A stretch of DNA of 51,457 bases, the filler included, from Sphacelaria rigidula (Eukaryota), in NCBI GenBank assembly GCA_964200075.2. It is 4 parts of 4 records of this genome, joined end to end, with 100 filler letters (N's around TTAATTAATTAA, not from the genome) between each part and the next. Parts side by side here need not be neighbours in the genome. Positions count along the whole stretch, not along the records: positions 12,892 to 25,681 come from CAXNAA020003417.1; positions 25,782 to 38,570 come from CAXNAA020003418.1; 2 more parts are not named here. One strand, given 5' to 3'. Of this stretch, positions 12,792 to 33,799 are shown piece after piece. The notes under the pieces are model-generated. The model saw only the letters and a program-made list of their open reading frames with translations. It was not told the origin of the DNA and did no database searches. How positions within the stretch are numbered: the first letter of the stretch is position 1; each line of letters begins with the position of its first letter. The position numbers and the translations under genes are program-made.

Positions 12792-12891
12792 NNNNNNNNN
12801 NNNNNNNNNNNNNNNNNNNNNNNNNNNNNNNNNNNTTAATTAATTAANNNNNNNNNNNNNNNNNNNNNNNNNNNNNNNNNNNNNNNNNNNN
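12792..12891. other. Artificial contig-joining spacer (N44-TTAATTAATTAA-N44)
   Basis: Identical 100-nt spacer occurs three times; the 12-mer has stops in all six frames. Confidence 0.97.
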
Positions 12892-13904
12892 AATCACCAA
12901 GCGCGAAGCGCCGTGGTGTGTTCGGCGAGTCGCATGAAGGGTGAGCTGCATCCTGCTAAGATTGTTCGGCCCGAAGCGTACTCATTACCTTGCATTTGGA
13001 TTTGGATGACAGCCAACAATGAGTTGCTTTATTATCTGGTATCGCCTTTTCCAGAGACAGCGACGGCTCATACATTGCCTAATGGGTGTTTCACCATTTG
13101 AACACTACGTGGTACGATCATCCCCATTGTGCGGAGTTGAGGTTCTCCTACGCCGCACAACATGATCCAGCCCGACCACCATCATGGTTACCGCAAAAAA
13201 ACACAAGCAAGCAAAATAATCGGTAAGCTGGCTGCCTAGCTTACGCAGTGAGTGGCGTGGTTTATAGCGTCATCGCCAACCGACGCCAACCCCATCGAGG
13301 GTCCGCCGCTACAAAGCCGGGACGGAGCACGCCGGGTTCTCGCCGGACCAGGCTGATATGGGGGCGTACTCATTTGTTGCTTGCCTTACCCGTTTGACCA
13401 TTGACCACGTATCCCTTTCGAGACGGAGCAACCATGGGGTAGGAGGGGGGTGTAACCACCATCTTACATGCCGTAGTCATGACTATTGACCTTGCGTCCC
13501 TACAAGAGTTGAGACGGAGCACGCCGGGTTTTCGCTAGACTAGACTCGCAATCACCAAGCACGAAGCGCCGGCTATTCGAATGAGGGGGGACCGACATCC
13601 TGCTAAGATTGCTAGGCCCGAAGCGTACTATCTATCTTGCTTAGGGATGACAGGCTCAAACGAGTAGTGCTTCATGTTCTGGTATCGCCACTCCTAGAGG
13701 TAGTCACGGGGTGCTCGTGGGGTGTCTCACCATCAAATATTACCTGGTACGATCATCCACTTTGCGCGGAATTGAGGTTCTCCACCTCGTACAGTGTGCC
13801 CCAACTCGACCACCGTTCATGTTTACCACGACAAAACACGTAAGCAACAAGAATAGCGATCAGCCGGTTGCCTAGATCACGCAGTGAGTGGCGTGCTTTA
13901 GAGC
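12892..13904 (-). mobile_element. Cluster of variably truncated copies of a non-coding, G/C-tract-anchored repeat
   Basis: 12892-13268 aligns with 13550-13904. GACGGAGCA occurs three times. Copies start at G-runs at 13360 and 13445; short copies of the same terminus are at 28930 and 37131. Confidence 0.7.
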
Positions 13905-14879
13905 AGAGTAGGGGGGGAGGGGGGGTAGGCGTACCTCAGGCGGGATTCACCACTACGGTCCCACCAGAGTGCACAACAATGGCACGGTGAAAAAAGGGCT
14001 CTATTACAGGTCCGACCTGCCCAGCTATGTAATTTTTCAGGTAGCTGCTGTTTCTTGGGGTTGGCGTGTGTGGAGTGTAAAAATATATTTTAATTTTTCC
14101 AAGTCTCGGTTCTGTCGTATATAACAATTAGTGAGCTCATCACCCCGAGCCCCGACGTCCTGAGGCTACGGGGTACTGTAAAAAAGAGGATCTTATTTAC
14201 AGATGAAATGTCTTATGTGGGGGGAAAAGGGAGCTGTCGCTCTGAATCATGCGAGGCCAGATTTCTTGAGCAGGTCAGTCAATAGATTCAATGAAGATTG
14301 ACTATAGATCACTCCAACAATCTACGTGTCGTCGGATTGATGTTTCAGAAAAATACGCTTTAGAGAAATCGGGGAAAGTACTCCATATTTCCGGGAAAAA
14401 ACGGAAAAGGACAAATTCCCGCGAATAATAACCCTCACTGGCACTGGAAAGCGAACACATGCAACATTTCTGGGACGTCGGAGCGCCAAGGGGAGCAAGG
14501 CGCCTGTTCTATTGCTGCTACTACCCCTGCTACCGCAGCCCTTCCCAGCATACGTTAAATTGAGGAGGTGAATGAAAAGGCAAGGGGGTTAGTACTTCTT
14601 GTGCGAACATGTCAACGGACATTCATCCCGTAAGGGGAGTGAACCATAGACCGAAAAAAAAAAATTGCACATCCCATATCCCATCCATTTTTGAAGATGT
14701 CACACCAGCCACTATTACTAAGAAAATCAGTCATAGCAGGTGACTGTTCCGCTGTATGGCCAGACACTCTGACATATTGAAAATTTTAGTCGGCGCTAGC
14801 TGTTGGACTCAACCACCCGCTATTGTGATATCTTCCTGTGAGTCTCTGTCTTGTGTAGCTCTTGTCTGTCTCCACCCAC

Positions 14880-23928
<9,049 letters not shown>

Positions 23929-25681
23929 CTTCGTATCGTCACCGTATCATGAGTATGAAGGAACGCACATACAATGGAATCATTACAAGACCGGGATACA
24001 TATATATATATATATGTGTGTGTGTGTTGCTCGTTTCCTATCAAGTACACAACATTCATTATTTCAACCGCATGAGGCGTTGTGTTCGCTACGATGAAGG
24101 GTGAGACACACAATAATGAAGTCCACACACGCGATATGACTATTCACCGCTAGGTGATACAGATCATCATGGAAACCGAGAGGGTGTCGTCTTGCTTACT
24201 GTCTCAGTATCATGGGGCAACGAATGCTGGGAAAGAGTGGCTCTGGGAATCAGCGAGGGAATCTTGATAGATATGTGCGTGGATGCCTTTGGTGTGACGA
24301 TCAAGGTGTGCAGCAACAAAATCATGTACACCCGATCCTCGATACTCCATGACGCATTCAGGATGGGTGTGTTTTGTACTTTGAGAGGACGGAAATGCAC
24401 GGTCGAGGTCAGGTATGCCAATGCATCACTTGTACACAGATTGTTCTCACAGTTGTTTCCGTTGCAGAAGGGCTGCAACGGCTCCCTCCCATTTTATCTT
24501 CCAGGTACTCGATACATGAGCCCCAGACTCCTTGGTATGCTTCTGCACTACTTCAAGAAAAACACGTATATTATAAAAAAATCCATTCTTGAGTGCACGT
24601 TCCTGAAGTTCCTTAGACTCACACAATTCTGATTCCCTAGACAACATCCACGATGGGTCATTTCCCACCCCCAAGAGCTGCTTGGCTACCTGGTACCCAC
24701 CAGACGTGGACGTTCTCTCCCTATTCTAAGCAATCCGTGTGTGATGGAACTTGGGCTCAAACAGACAGAGCGGGAGTACGGCTCACCCGAGCCAGTTTTC
24801 TTCGGAAGCAAAATTACTCCAAGTACATACTTTTATGTCCCATTAAGCGAGTCATATCCTCAGCAAAATCGCTTGGAGCATCACGTTTTACCAAAAAAGA
24901 ATAACACGCGCCCAACGATAGACTTGAGCTGCCCAGCTGCTAACGGTAGCCATCTCGAGTCAGTCCAGGTTTGAATTCCAATGTAAATCTGTGCTGGAAT
25001 TTGACGATGACTCTGGAATTCATCGTCCCGAGCGCCCGGATCCATACGGTAGTCTGAAGCCGATCGCGTTGGCTATGGCGACAGACCGTGGCAACACCTT
25101 TTTGGCGTTGAAAGGCGATGTCTTCACAGGAAAACGTTTGTTGTCACGCATATGCCGCGCGTCATAGGTGTTCGTGCGTGACGTACGAGCACCAGCACGT
25201 TGTTAGAATCGAATCACAGCGGGAGGGTACAGCAGTGATCGCGTCAGCACTATAGTTCATGTAGCCATACTACAAGTGCGAAGATGTCGGCACGTACAGC
25301 CGAATGATGCAAGATTAAAAAAAAAAAGTCTCCCCACCCACAAACAACTCCCCTCTCCCACAAAGCTCGTCCGTCAAGAATCCGACGAGAGGTCCGGTCG
25401 GTGACAGGGGTGAAATCGTCACGAGGTGGAGGTATATCGTATTGCTCTTCATGAAAATAGTGTCGCAAGTGTGGAGGTGATTACATGGTATTCAACCCGC
25501 TCCTGCCATGCCGTGGGAATGATGTCCTATCCTGGCCAACGGCGGCCCGAACCGTTGGTTGAGAAATGAGCGCGCACTATCAGATCAGTTGGTTGAATTA
25601 CTGGTTGGCTGTCCTCCGTTCCCCGTCCTCCGACGAAGGCCATGACCGGTCTTGTCGGTACGGCGTGGGGAGGGTCTTTTC

Positions 25682-25781
25682 NNNNNNNNNNNNNNNNNNN
25701 NNNNNNNNNNNNNNNNNNNNNNNNNTTAATTAATTAANNNNNNNNNNNNNNNNNNNNNNNNNNNNNNNNNNNNNNNNNNNN
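25682..25781. other. Artificial contig-joining spacer
   Basis: N44-TTAATTAATTAA-N44. Confidence 0.97.
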
Positions 25782-27344
25782 GGCACCTCTTTTGCTTACA
25801 AAAAATTTGGCAATTGGCGCCAAATTGAGGAGGGGTTTGGGAGAAAAAAAAAAAAACAGGTAATGCGCTGCATAAGCGTTTTCTTCGTGACAGACAGTTC
25901 TGGGGCTAGTTTGTTTGGGGGACGGGGGGGGGGAGGGCTATCAGCCAGATATGTTTCCATACCAAAAAGAAGGGACCTCGGGTCTCCTCCAGCACCAAGA
26001 GGACCAGCGATGAGAAATTTGAGTATAACAGGAGTGCCCCATTTTGGCCACGCGATCTCCCTCGAGTTATGCGGAGATCGCTATCGTGCGAGAATCGCCG
26101 TCGGCAGCTCCTAGTCGGCCTGAAAAATATCCTCCTGAAAAATGTTGACTCGGGCGATTCGGAGCCAGATTCTACACCCAGACGGGGCTGAGCGAATTCC
26201 GCTCCCTCGGGAAGGCTCGCCATAGTTTCCGTGATAATTGCTGCGTACTTTCCCGCTTTTACGTGCGCCCACTTTTGCTGTCGAATGCCAACGAAACACT
26301 CATGAAACCAACAACAAGAACCCATACGAGTACATAACTCTTGCGGGTTTCCGAGTTCAATGGAAGAAGTATGATTTTTGCAGACGTCGGAGTGCTCATC
26401 AGCTACCCAAAATAACTAATCGACGACGATTCTCAGATCCGTAGTCCAAGACAACACAAAATTCGTGACAGAGAGATTCGAGAAGCCAAAGCGCTGCCTT
26501 TGCGGTACTCCGCGTGATTGACGTCCAGCGCTGCAAGGGATCAAATGTGAAAAGAGAGTCAAAGGAGCCATTGTAGCTAATGATCCGGATCAGTTCACTG
26601 ATGAGAAATCTCTAGGTAGGTAGCTCATGAGCTCTCCGACATGTGGATCTTTAGTCCGAAAGAAGAACGGCACGTCCGATCAGGGTCTATTGCGAGTCGA
26701 TGCACGAAGCATCGGAAAGGGGCGCTGGAACTCCCGTTGAGAGTACAAAAAAATGTTCTGACGAGGTGGCACGCACGAGAAGCCCCCGCATTTTTCGAGC
26801 AAGAATCGCGGTTGCAGCGACAATAAAGGCACCTCTCCGAGAGATTATCTTCATGACCACGAGGGGTGGTCTCCGATGTCAACACGGGTCCTCTTCATTT
26901 TTTTCGAGGAACACGTGTGAAAATCATAAAATATAGAACAGAACAAAAATGTTTGCCTCCCGTAGCTCTTATCTGCAACAGCTACATGAAAAGCAACCAT
27001 CGATACACTTACTAACCACAGCCGGATGTGGCCAGCATTCCAGTACACTATACCCCTTGCTAGGGTGGATTTAATGCAAAAAAGACACGACGTTTCTAGC
27101 GTTCTTGCATACCAAAACTGCGAATCGGGGACACATTCTTCTCGAGCTGCACAAATTTCAGCTACTCCAACCCCTGAAAAAGACGGAACCGTCACCGCTG
27201 CACATTGCAAAGCATGAGAGGTACGGCAGCGTGTCGATTAATCGCCGTAACCATAGTCAGCAACCCCATGCACGGTAGGGGTCAACCCCTTTTTTTTCCG
27301 AGGCTCTTTGCTGTAGCAGCCTCTCGATGAAAAATATCTGGGCC

Positions 27345-27820
27345 TTAGACCGACTCTAATGGGAGCCGTTCAAAATTCCTGTTTAAAACTGTCTTGTTGG
27401 CCCTTCTCCGTCGTTTTACGCCTCAAAAGAAGGCTAGGCGGATGTTGACGCCTTGGAATGACTTGCTCTACACGTTGAAGACATCCCAGCGCAACTTTGC
27501 ATTTCCCGTTGGTCGCAATTTCATTTTTTGCCAAACACAGATTTTCAGCAAAAAACAGCCAAGCGATTAAAAAACAGGGGGGATTTTGATCACCTGACAC
27601 TTCTTCACTGAAAATCCGTGTTTGGCCTCATTTGGCCAAACACGAGAGTGCAGCCAGCGGGAAATGCAGAGTTGTTCTAGAACGGTCTCAACGAGTAGAG
27701 CAAGTCATTCCAAGGCGTCAACATCCCCCGAGTCCTGTTTCCGGGCGTAAACCTACGGAGAAGGGCCCAAAAGACAGTTTTCGACAGAAATTTTGAACAG
27801 CTCCCATTAGAGTTGGCCTT
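27345..27820. mobile_element. ~480-bp foldback element with ~200-bp inverted arms
   Basis: 27345-27548 pairs with 27608-27820, e.g. GGATGTTGACGCCTTGGAATGACTTGCTCTAC versus GTAGAGCAAGTCATTCCAAGGCGTCAACATCC. Confidence 0.85.
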
Positions 27821-27848
27821 GACATCCTCAGAAAACTTTCGGACTTAA

Positions 27849-27945
27849 CCCTTAGACCGCGGATTAGTCTTTCTGGATCATGCACACTTAATTTCACTTG
27901 AAATTGATGCCGATTCAACAGAAGACTAACCTCGCGGTCTAAGGG
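27849..27945. mobile_element. 97-bp piggyBac-type MITE (TTAA TSD, TIR CCCTTAGACCGCG)
   Basis: TTAA at 27845-27848 and 27946-27949; perfect 13-bp TIR. Confidence 0.9.
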
Positions 27946-29117
27946 TTAAAAGTGTGTTGAGGAATGCTTCATGCCGGGACGGACAACGCAGCATATCGTT
28001 TGTTCAGGAAGCGATCAGTTCACCCATTGAACAAGTGTGCTCATCGGTTCAATGGTTAAACCGTTCGCTTCCTGAATAAAGTGCACCCCTACCGTGGCAG
28101 CATTGCTCTAGACCCATCCGGCGACCAATCAAGGACCTGCTTTTTTGGTGCGCTTGTTGCGTTTCCCGCTTCTTTTTTTTTTGTCTCGATAAGGAAGGGC
28201 CCCCAGGCCGTGTCCTACCGAGAACAAAAAAAGTAGCGGGAAAAGAAACAAGCGTCCGGAAGGACCTGACCGACAATCAGTCGACATGCTGCTCTACCGT
28301 TTTTATTTTTTCCTGTCTCGTGAAGACACGGCCTCGGCAGTAACCGTGCTCGCGCGTTGTCACGATTTCATCATTTTTTCTTTGCCTACGATAGGAACGG
28401 CAGGTGACTTCGAGTGAACTATGAGGTTGCGAACAGTCATGGCCATTACTTTGGCCACAATTCAATGTTATTTTGTTTTGTCTCGTTAAGACGGGGCCTT
28501 ACAAGTGGCTCTGCGAAGAGTGTAGATTCTATGCCACCAGTGCCTTACTGATCTTGCAGAATTGGATTAGCGTCGAAGAATAGCAGTGCTCCTCTTAATG
28601 GCAGCCATGTTTCAGCCTCCACACATTGGTGTCCATGTCACAGCACAGACTCGTTGTACAACTCTTTAGTCTGTCATTCCCCGGGAACAACAATGTACAA
28701 GTTCTTTCGGCAACTGTTCTGCATCAATCTTTTCAGCTGTTTTAGACTGGATTACTTTGACTACTGCATTCATTCTATGATTACTGCATTCATTCGTGTT
28801 ACCTAATTGAACAGTGCACCCCCCCCCGCGCGCGCGCCAACAAACAAACAAACAAAAAAACAGCCTCAAAACTGTCACGAAAAAAAAGGTCATACAGCGC
28901 ATGGTAGCTGGTTTTACACTGCATGAAGCGATGCGTGGTCAATGGTCAAACGACTAAGGCAAGCAACAAATGAGTACGCCCCCCCCCCCCCCGCGCCAAC
29001 AAACAAACAAACAAAAAAACCGCCCCCACACTCCCCCCGAAANNNNNNNNNNTATTTTAACTCCTGCATTCATTCTAGGATTACTGCCAACATACGTGTT
29101 ACCTAAAAAAACAGTGA

Positions 29118-29467
29118 ACCCCCCCCCCCCCGCGCGCCAACAAACAAACAAACAAAAAAACAGCCTCAAAACTGTCACGAAAAAAATGGTCATACAGCGC
29201 ATGGTGGCTGGTTTTACACTGCATGAAGCACTCATATGGTCTTCGTTGGCAGAAACGATCAGAAGCGCCCGAATCCCGAACTGCTCGGTGTGCTTGGCCT
29301 TCGTTTTTGCGATTCAAATCACGATTTTTCCTCCTCTAGCCAGCACGGAAGGCGTCCGCATCAGGTGCTCAGTACAGAGTACTGCGCAGATATCGGAACG
29401 GCTTTTTTATGATTAAACAATAACAACAACCCAGCCGCTGTTCTGGGGGGGTGGAGGGCTATCGCGT
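29118..29467. mobile_element. Family A MITE copy with an internal insertion; left part duplicated at 28818-28929
   Basis: TGTCACGAAAAAAATGGTCATACAGCGCATGG core and GGGCTATCGCG end. Confidence 0.7.
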
Positions 29468-29789
29468 TATCACCTGCTCGTCTTTGACGAGGTAGAATAG
29501 GTGCTCGATACAAAGCACACATTCATATCGCATCACATACATATTGAATTGCCGGCCACACACGCGGTAGGTGATTCTCACCCCAAGCGCTGCTCGTCCG
29601 CTGCGCACAATAACCTCTACATCATGACCTACACCGTGTGGTGACCATCATTGCCGTGGAGCTAAAATACTATCACCGAAGAAGTGGTAGTGGTCATCTT
29701 ATGATTATGATAAATCACCCGCGCCATTCCTAATGATGAAGCACATGAAGGTACATGACCCGCTCGGACACGTGGGCTTTGGGGTGGTG

Positions 29790-32700
29790 CTTTTTCTACT
29801 GTAGACGCACTTGTTTCTTCAGGAAAAAAAACTGTCTGTCCACACTCTCTACACTCTCAAGTCCTCTTTGAGAATGGTAACTACCACTATATACCACTAT
29901 ACACTTTACACACATCATGAGTTTGTCAGCTATATCACGTCTGATGGCTTGCTGTAGAAGTCTCCCATTATTTTCTTCGATGAATACATTTTTTTGCCAC
30001 TTCAAGCCGTAGCGGATGGAACCAGGTATTCTTCGTTCGTGTCCATCCGTGCTTGATGTAGAGGCGATGGGAATACTGTGCTGGGGATTCCGGCAAAGCA
30101 AATACGACGACGCACAATGTCATCAACGAGAAGCGTAAAATATTGTGCAGTAAGGTATGGAGTGAGGCGCCAAGCAGCAGTGTTTTTCAACCCTTCGGGC
30201 ACCAGGGTAGGACATTTGTTGAGTCACGATCACGATCTCCGGAAAAATTACCCCCGGGATTCAGATCACCGACCCCAGCGGTGTCAAGTAGCAGAGGGGT
30301 ACATCCATCGCAAACAAAAAACACTGGGAGCAGTAGGATGCTGCCATCGAGCTGTTGTGATGCTATTTTCATTTCGGGAGGAGGGGGGGGGGGGCTTGTA
30401 AATGGAAAAGACCAACACTGGGAGGGACAACCGAGGGTAGTGCTAGTTGTTGGTATATTTTCAAGACGGATACGCAAAATAGGGTTTCTGGCATATCGTC
30501 AAGGGTATGTATCTCTGCATCACTCGAGAAAGTACACGGCATTCAGCCGTTTTCCGTTCTCATGCACGCCGCCAGCTTCTAGTGAAACATCAGCGGTTAT
30601 CATCCAGGCGAGAATACATTTTGTCTGACGGCCGTTGCCTGAGACAAGCCTGTAGACTTTCGAGAAGGTCATGAGGGCATTATTACCACCGTAAAAACCT
30701 CTAGCGCAAGCCTGGCCAACGAACCCGGATCCCCTGGGACAGCGTACATCGACAAAGCTCAGATGCCGCACCCTAGAGTGGCCGGTCTACCCTCCTCAGG
30801 GAAATTGTGGTTACTTTCGTGGAGAAACACACAATCTGACGACCAGGCCCGCTGCCCTGTAAAATATCAAAACATATGGTGAGGACCGAAGGACCTCGAA
30901 CCTCCACGGTACAAGAAAAAGCGCTTTGCCCTTCTTGAGCATTGATCAACATATCTACTGCCAGCAGCGGGGCCATGGTAGTACGTTGGATTAATTTTCC
31001 ACCACAACATTCCAGCAACTATTTCAGATCACTTCCGGTAGGTGCACTGGTTCACCGGCGGGTGAGCAAGAAATAAATGCCATCACCCATGCTACGAATT
31101 GTCGACTCTTCAAAAGGCGTAGGCATAAGTAGTAGAAGCCCCATAATCATCTACCCCCTACCGTGTGTACTACTGGTACCGTGTGTATATATTTGAAACT
31201 GGATGGGTGCGGTGACACAGCTACGAGCATCTGTGGGAAGACGACTGTGAGCTCGCTTTGCGCGGTCTGTAATAGGCAACAACGCCTTGCAGGAAGTCCA
31301 CATGATGTGACCCACCTATCGCGTTGAAACGAGGAAGGACTTCGAGTTAGAGATATATTCTTGGCAAATGGTTGCGTGGCGGATTTGTCACTTTTTTTTT
31401 TTCAATTAGCGACCCCCCTATACGACGTAGTGAAGTACGATTCGAATGCAGTACGGTGCTAACAGCACTGTACATCTACGCGGAGGTTGTTGATATACAT
31501 TTTTTTGCCATCGTAGCTGTCGGCCACACGTCAAGGATCACTCTCGTCCGCTCACGAGATGGATGATACGGTACAGCAATGGTATGCTGCACTGTTGTAC
31601 ACTTTCCAACAACAAAAACGAGACCCACACACGTGTCCTCACGATTTTTCTGTTGCGCTTGCTTCAACCCGCGCACCCTTTACGCCCACTCGATTTCCCC
31701 GAAACGATAATGATCACATTCGAAATGGGGGTGGAAGTGCCATGATGTCGTAGCGACTCCGCACGGGGTACGGTAGTTGAAGCGTATGGCTGTCTCTTCC
31801 GTTGTATCTTGACAGCTTGCGGGGGGGTTGTCGTGTACAAAGAAAATGGATTTCAAGGTAAAGTCGTGGGAACATACCTCTACTGGAATATAAAAAAATC
31901 TGAGTATGTATCGCTGCTCTCAGAATCAATTGACCGTCGTATTCACGACTTGGCGCATGACGGCCGGTTCCGAACATCACTGCGAAGAGTAGAAGAACAA
32001 GAGCAGCAGCGACAACAGTAGAAGTCAACCGACTACTCCGTATAGCTGCACCCACACACGTGTGTACGTTTGTTATGTTCCATCTCGGTAGCAGATTTTT
32101 TGCATGAGGTGTGCCGACAAATATATCTATGGTGTGGAGATTGCAATATAACCAGACGAGCGAACACCGGATGAACTCAGCTGTCTCTGCAACGGAAGCC
32201 AAGCAAAAGCTCCAAAGCTTTTCCGAGGGACAACTGTCTCCTACACTCGAAGGTAAGAGGAGACTCCACTCGTGCTCTAAAGTGTGGAGCGTGTGCAAAA
32301 CTGTCTTGCCTGGGTTTGCCATGCAATCGAGAGATCATGGGTGGGTGTGTTCATCACTGCTGCGGATGAACCAGGATAAACATTTTTTGCTGCTGATCGA
32401 CAAGGCGAAAGAGAGAAACCTGCAGCCATCGACGGCTACTCTATAATAACGAGCTGCGCATTGTAGCCGTACCTCAGCATAGATTTGTTCGGACCGGGTA
32501 CACCTGCAGATAGATAGATACACCGCATCTGCGGTGTATGGCCGGCCTGCATGGATTGATTATCCGTCCGTGCGTCCTTGGTATTATGTGAAGTGAGTGC
32601 GGACCTACCTTGTTGATCCTCTTGGGGCAATTGTAATAAAAAAGTGGGCGTGGGGCAATTTGTGTACTCTCATGTATGCGGTAACAGACGACACAACACC

Positions 32701-33040
32701 ACAACAGTCGACATCGCACCGTACGTATATAGACAGTACAGGTGACAGGATCACATGGAAAGCTAGAGTCGGGCGGTAAACGCCAGGAGGGAAAGCCTCC
32801 CACACTGGAACATACTGTAGCCCGGTCACCGCAGCACCCAACCCCAAGACAGCCGCCGTGGCGAAGACTCTCGAGCGATGTACATACCTTGCTGCACAGA
32901 CAGAGCGTTGAAAGATGCTCAGAGCGAATTTCTCCTCCACGCCGTGCGGAGTAGTCCTATAGTCCTGCAATTGTCGTCTGTGTATAGATAGCTTCCGCTT
33001 GTGAAGTTGCCCCTCGCCTTGCAACAGGTTGTGTGTCACT
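29790..33040 (-). pseudogene. Helitron Rep/Pif1-helicase fossil
   Basis: Colinear degenerate motifs: KLPHAHFFI (HUH, 32644-32658), YLSAGVPGP, FVGTPHAKNLLPRWNITNVHTC, LSFVDVR...QACARGF, PKG*KTLLL, FAGIPSTVFP, LLQQA...ADKLMM, ESVDRQ. Confidence 0.7.
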
Positions 33041-33799
33041 GGTGGCGGTCGGTTCTCCTGGTAGGGAAGAGAAATTCAAGGTTGTCGGAAAGAATGGAAG
33101 GTGGGTCATGATCGTGAGGGGCAAAATACGTTCATTTGGGGAATGAGAAATAACAAAACTGTTCGCGTCATTTCCAGTTCCGAATATGTATATAAGAAAC
33201 AAGTATCTTGATCTTACCTCGATAAGGATCTTATATGTTGAGAGTTCAGGGCCTTCATATTTCACCGAAACATTATTTGGTCCGGAACCCTGAAATGTGT
33301 CTGCTGGTCTGCAGGCGGGTGGGGTGCTTGAATCTTCAAGAGGGCAGTGTACTGAGCAGGTCTCAGCAACCTACTTGTCACGCCATCATCCCACACAACA
33401 AACACACACACGATGTATCCGTTGTATCCGTTGTATATCTGGAGGTTTTGCACAGAACAAGCATTAAGTCTAATGACGCGCGTGGAATGTTGTCTGGTGG
33501 ACGGAATTTTTTTTTTCATTCAAGTATCAGAAGCCTTTCGTACGCGTTCATCGTCCTGTATCTCCTATTGCCGCAAGACGAGATGATACGAAGTAGAGAA
33601 GTCATGACAACATAGTTACCCATCTGTGTTTGTAAGGTTTGAGGTTTTGTATCCATGCAGACGACGCACAGAGCTAGGAAAGTGCTACGAGAGAGTCATG
33701 TTGTCAGTATTTATTTTGATAACTTTAGACTACAGTACGCGAAACACATGAACAGCAAAGAAAATGCAACAGTGATATTTCACACACGAAGTTGACAAC

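Noticed and set aside
12836-12847. TTAATTAATTAA recurring at ~12.9-kb spacing as a biological periodic signal
   Set aside because: It is embedded in identical N-runs and is an assembly linker.
24167-25680. 5' exons of the sulfotransferase or a LINE fragment
   Set aside because: No convincing signal anchor, splice pair or RT motif could be identified.
31960-32040. VVAAALVLLLFAVMF as the missing sulfotransferase membrane anchor
   Set aside because: It is on a different, unlinked contig and inside the Helitron fossil.
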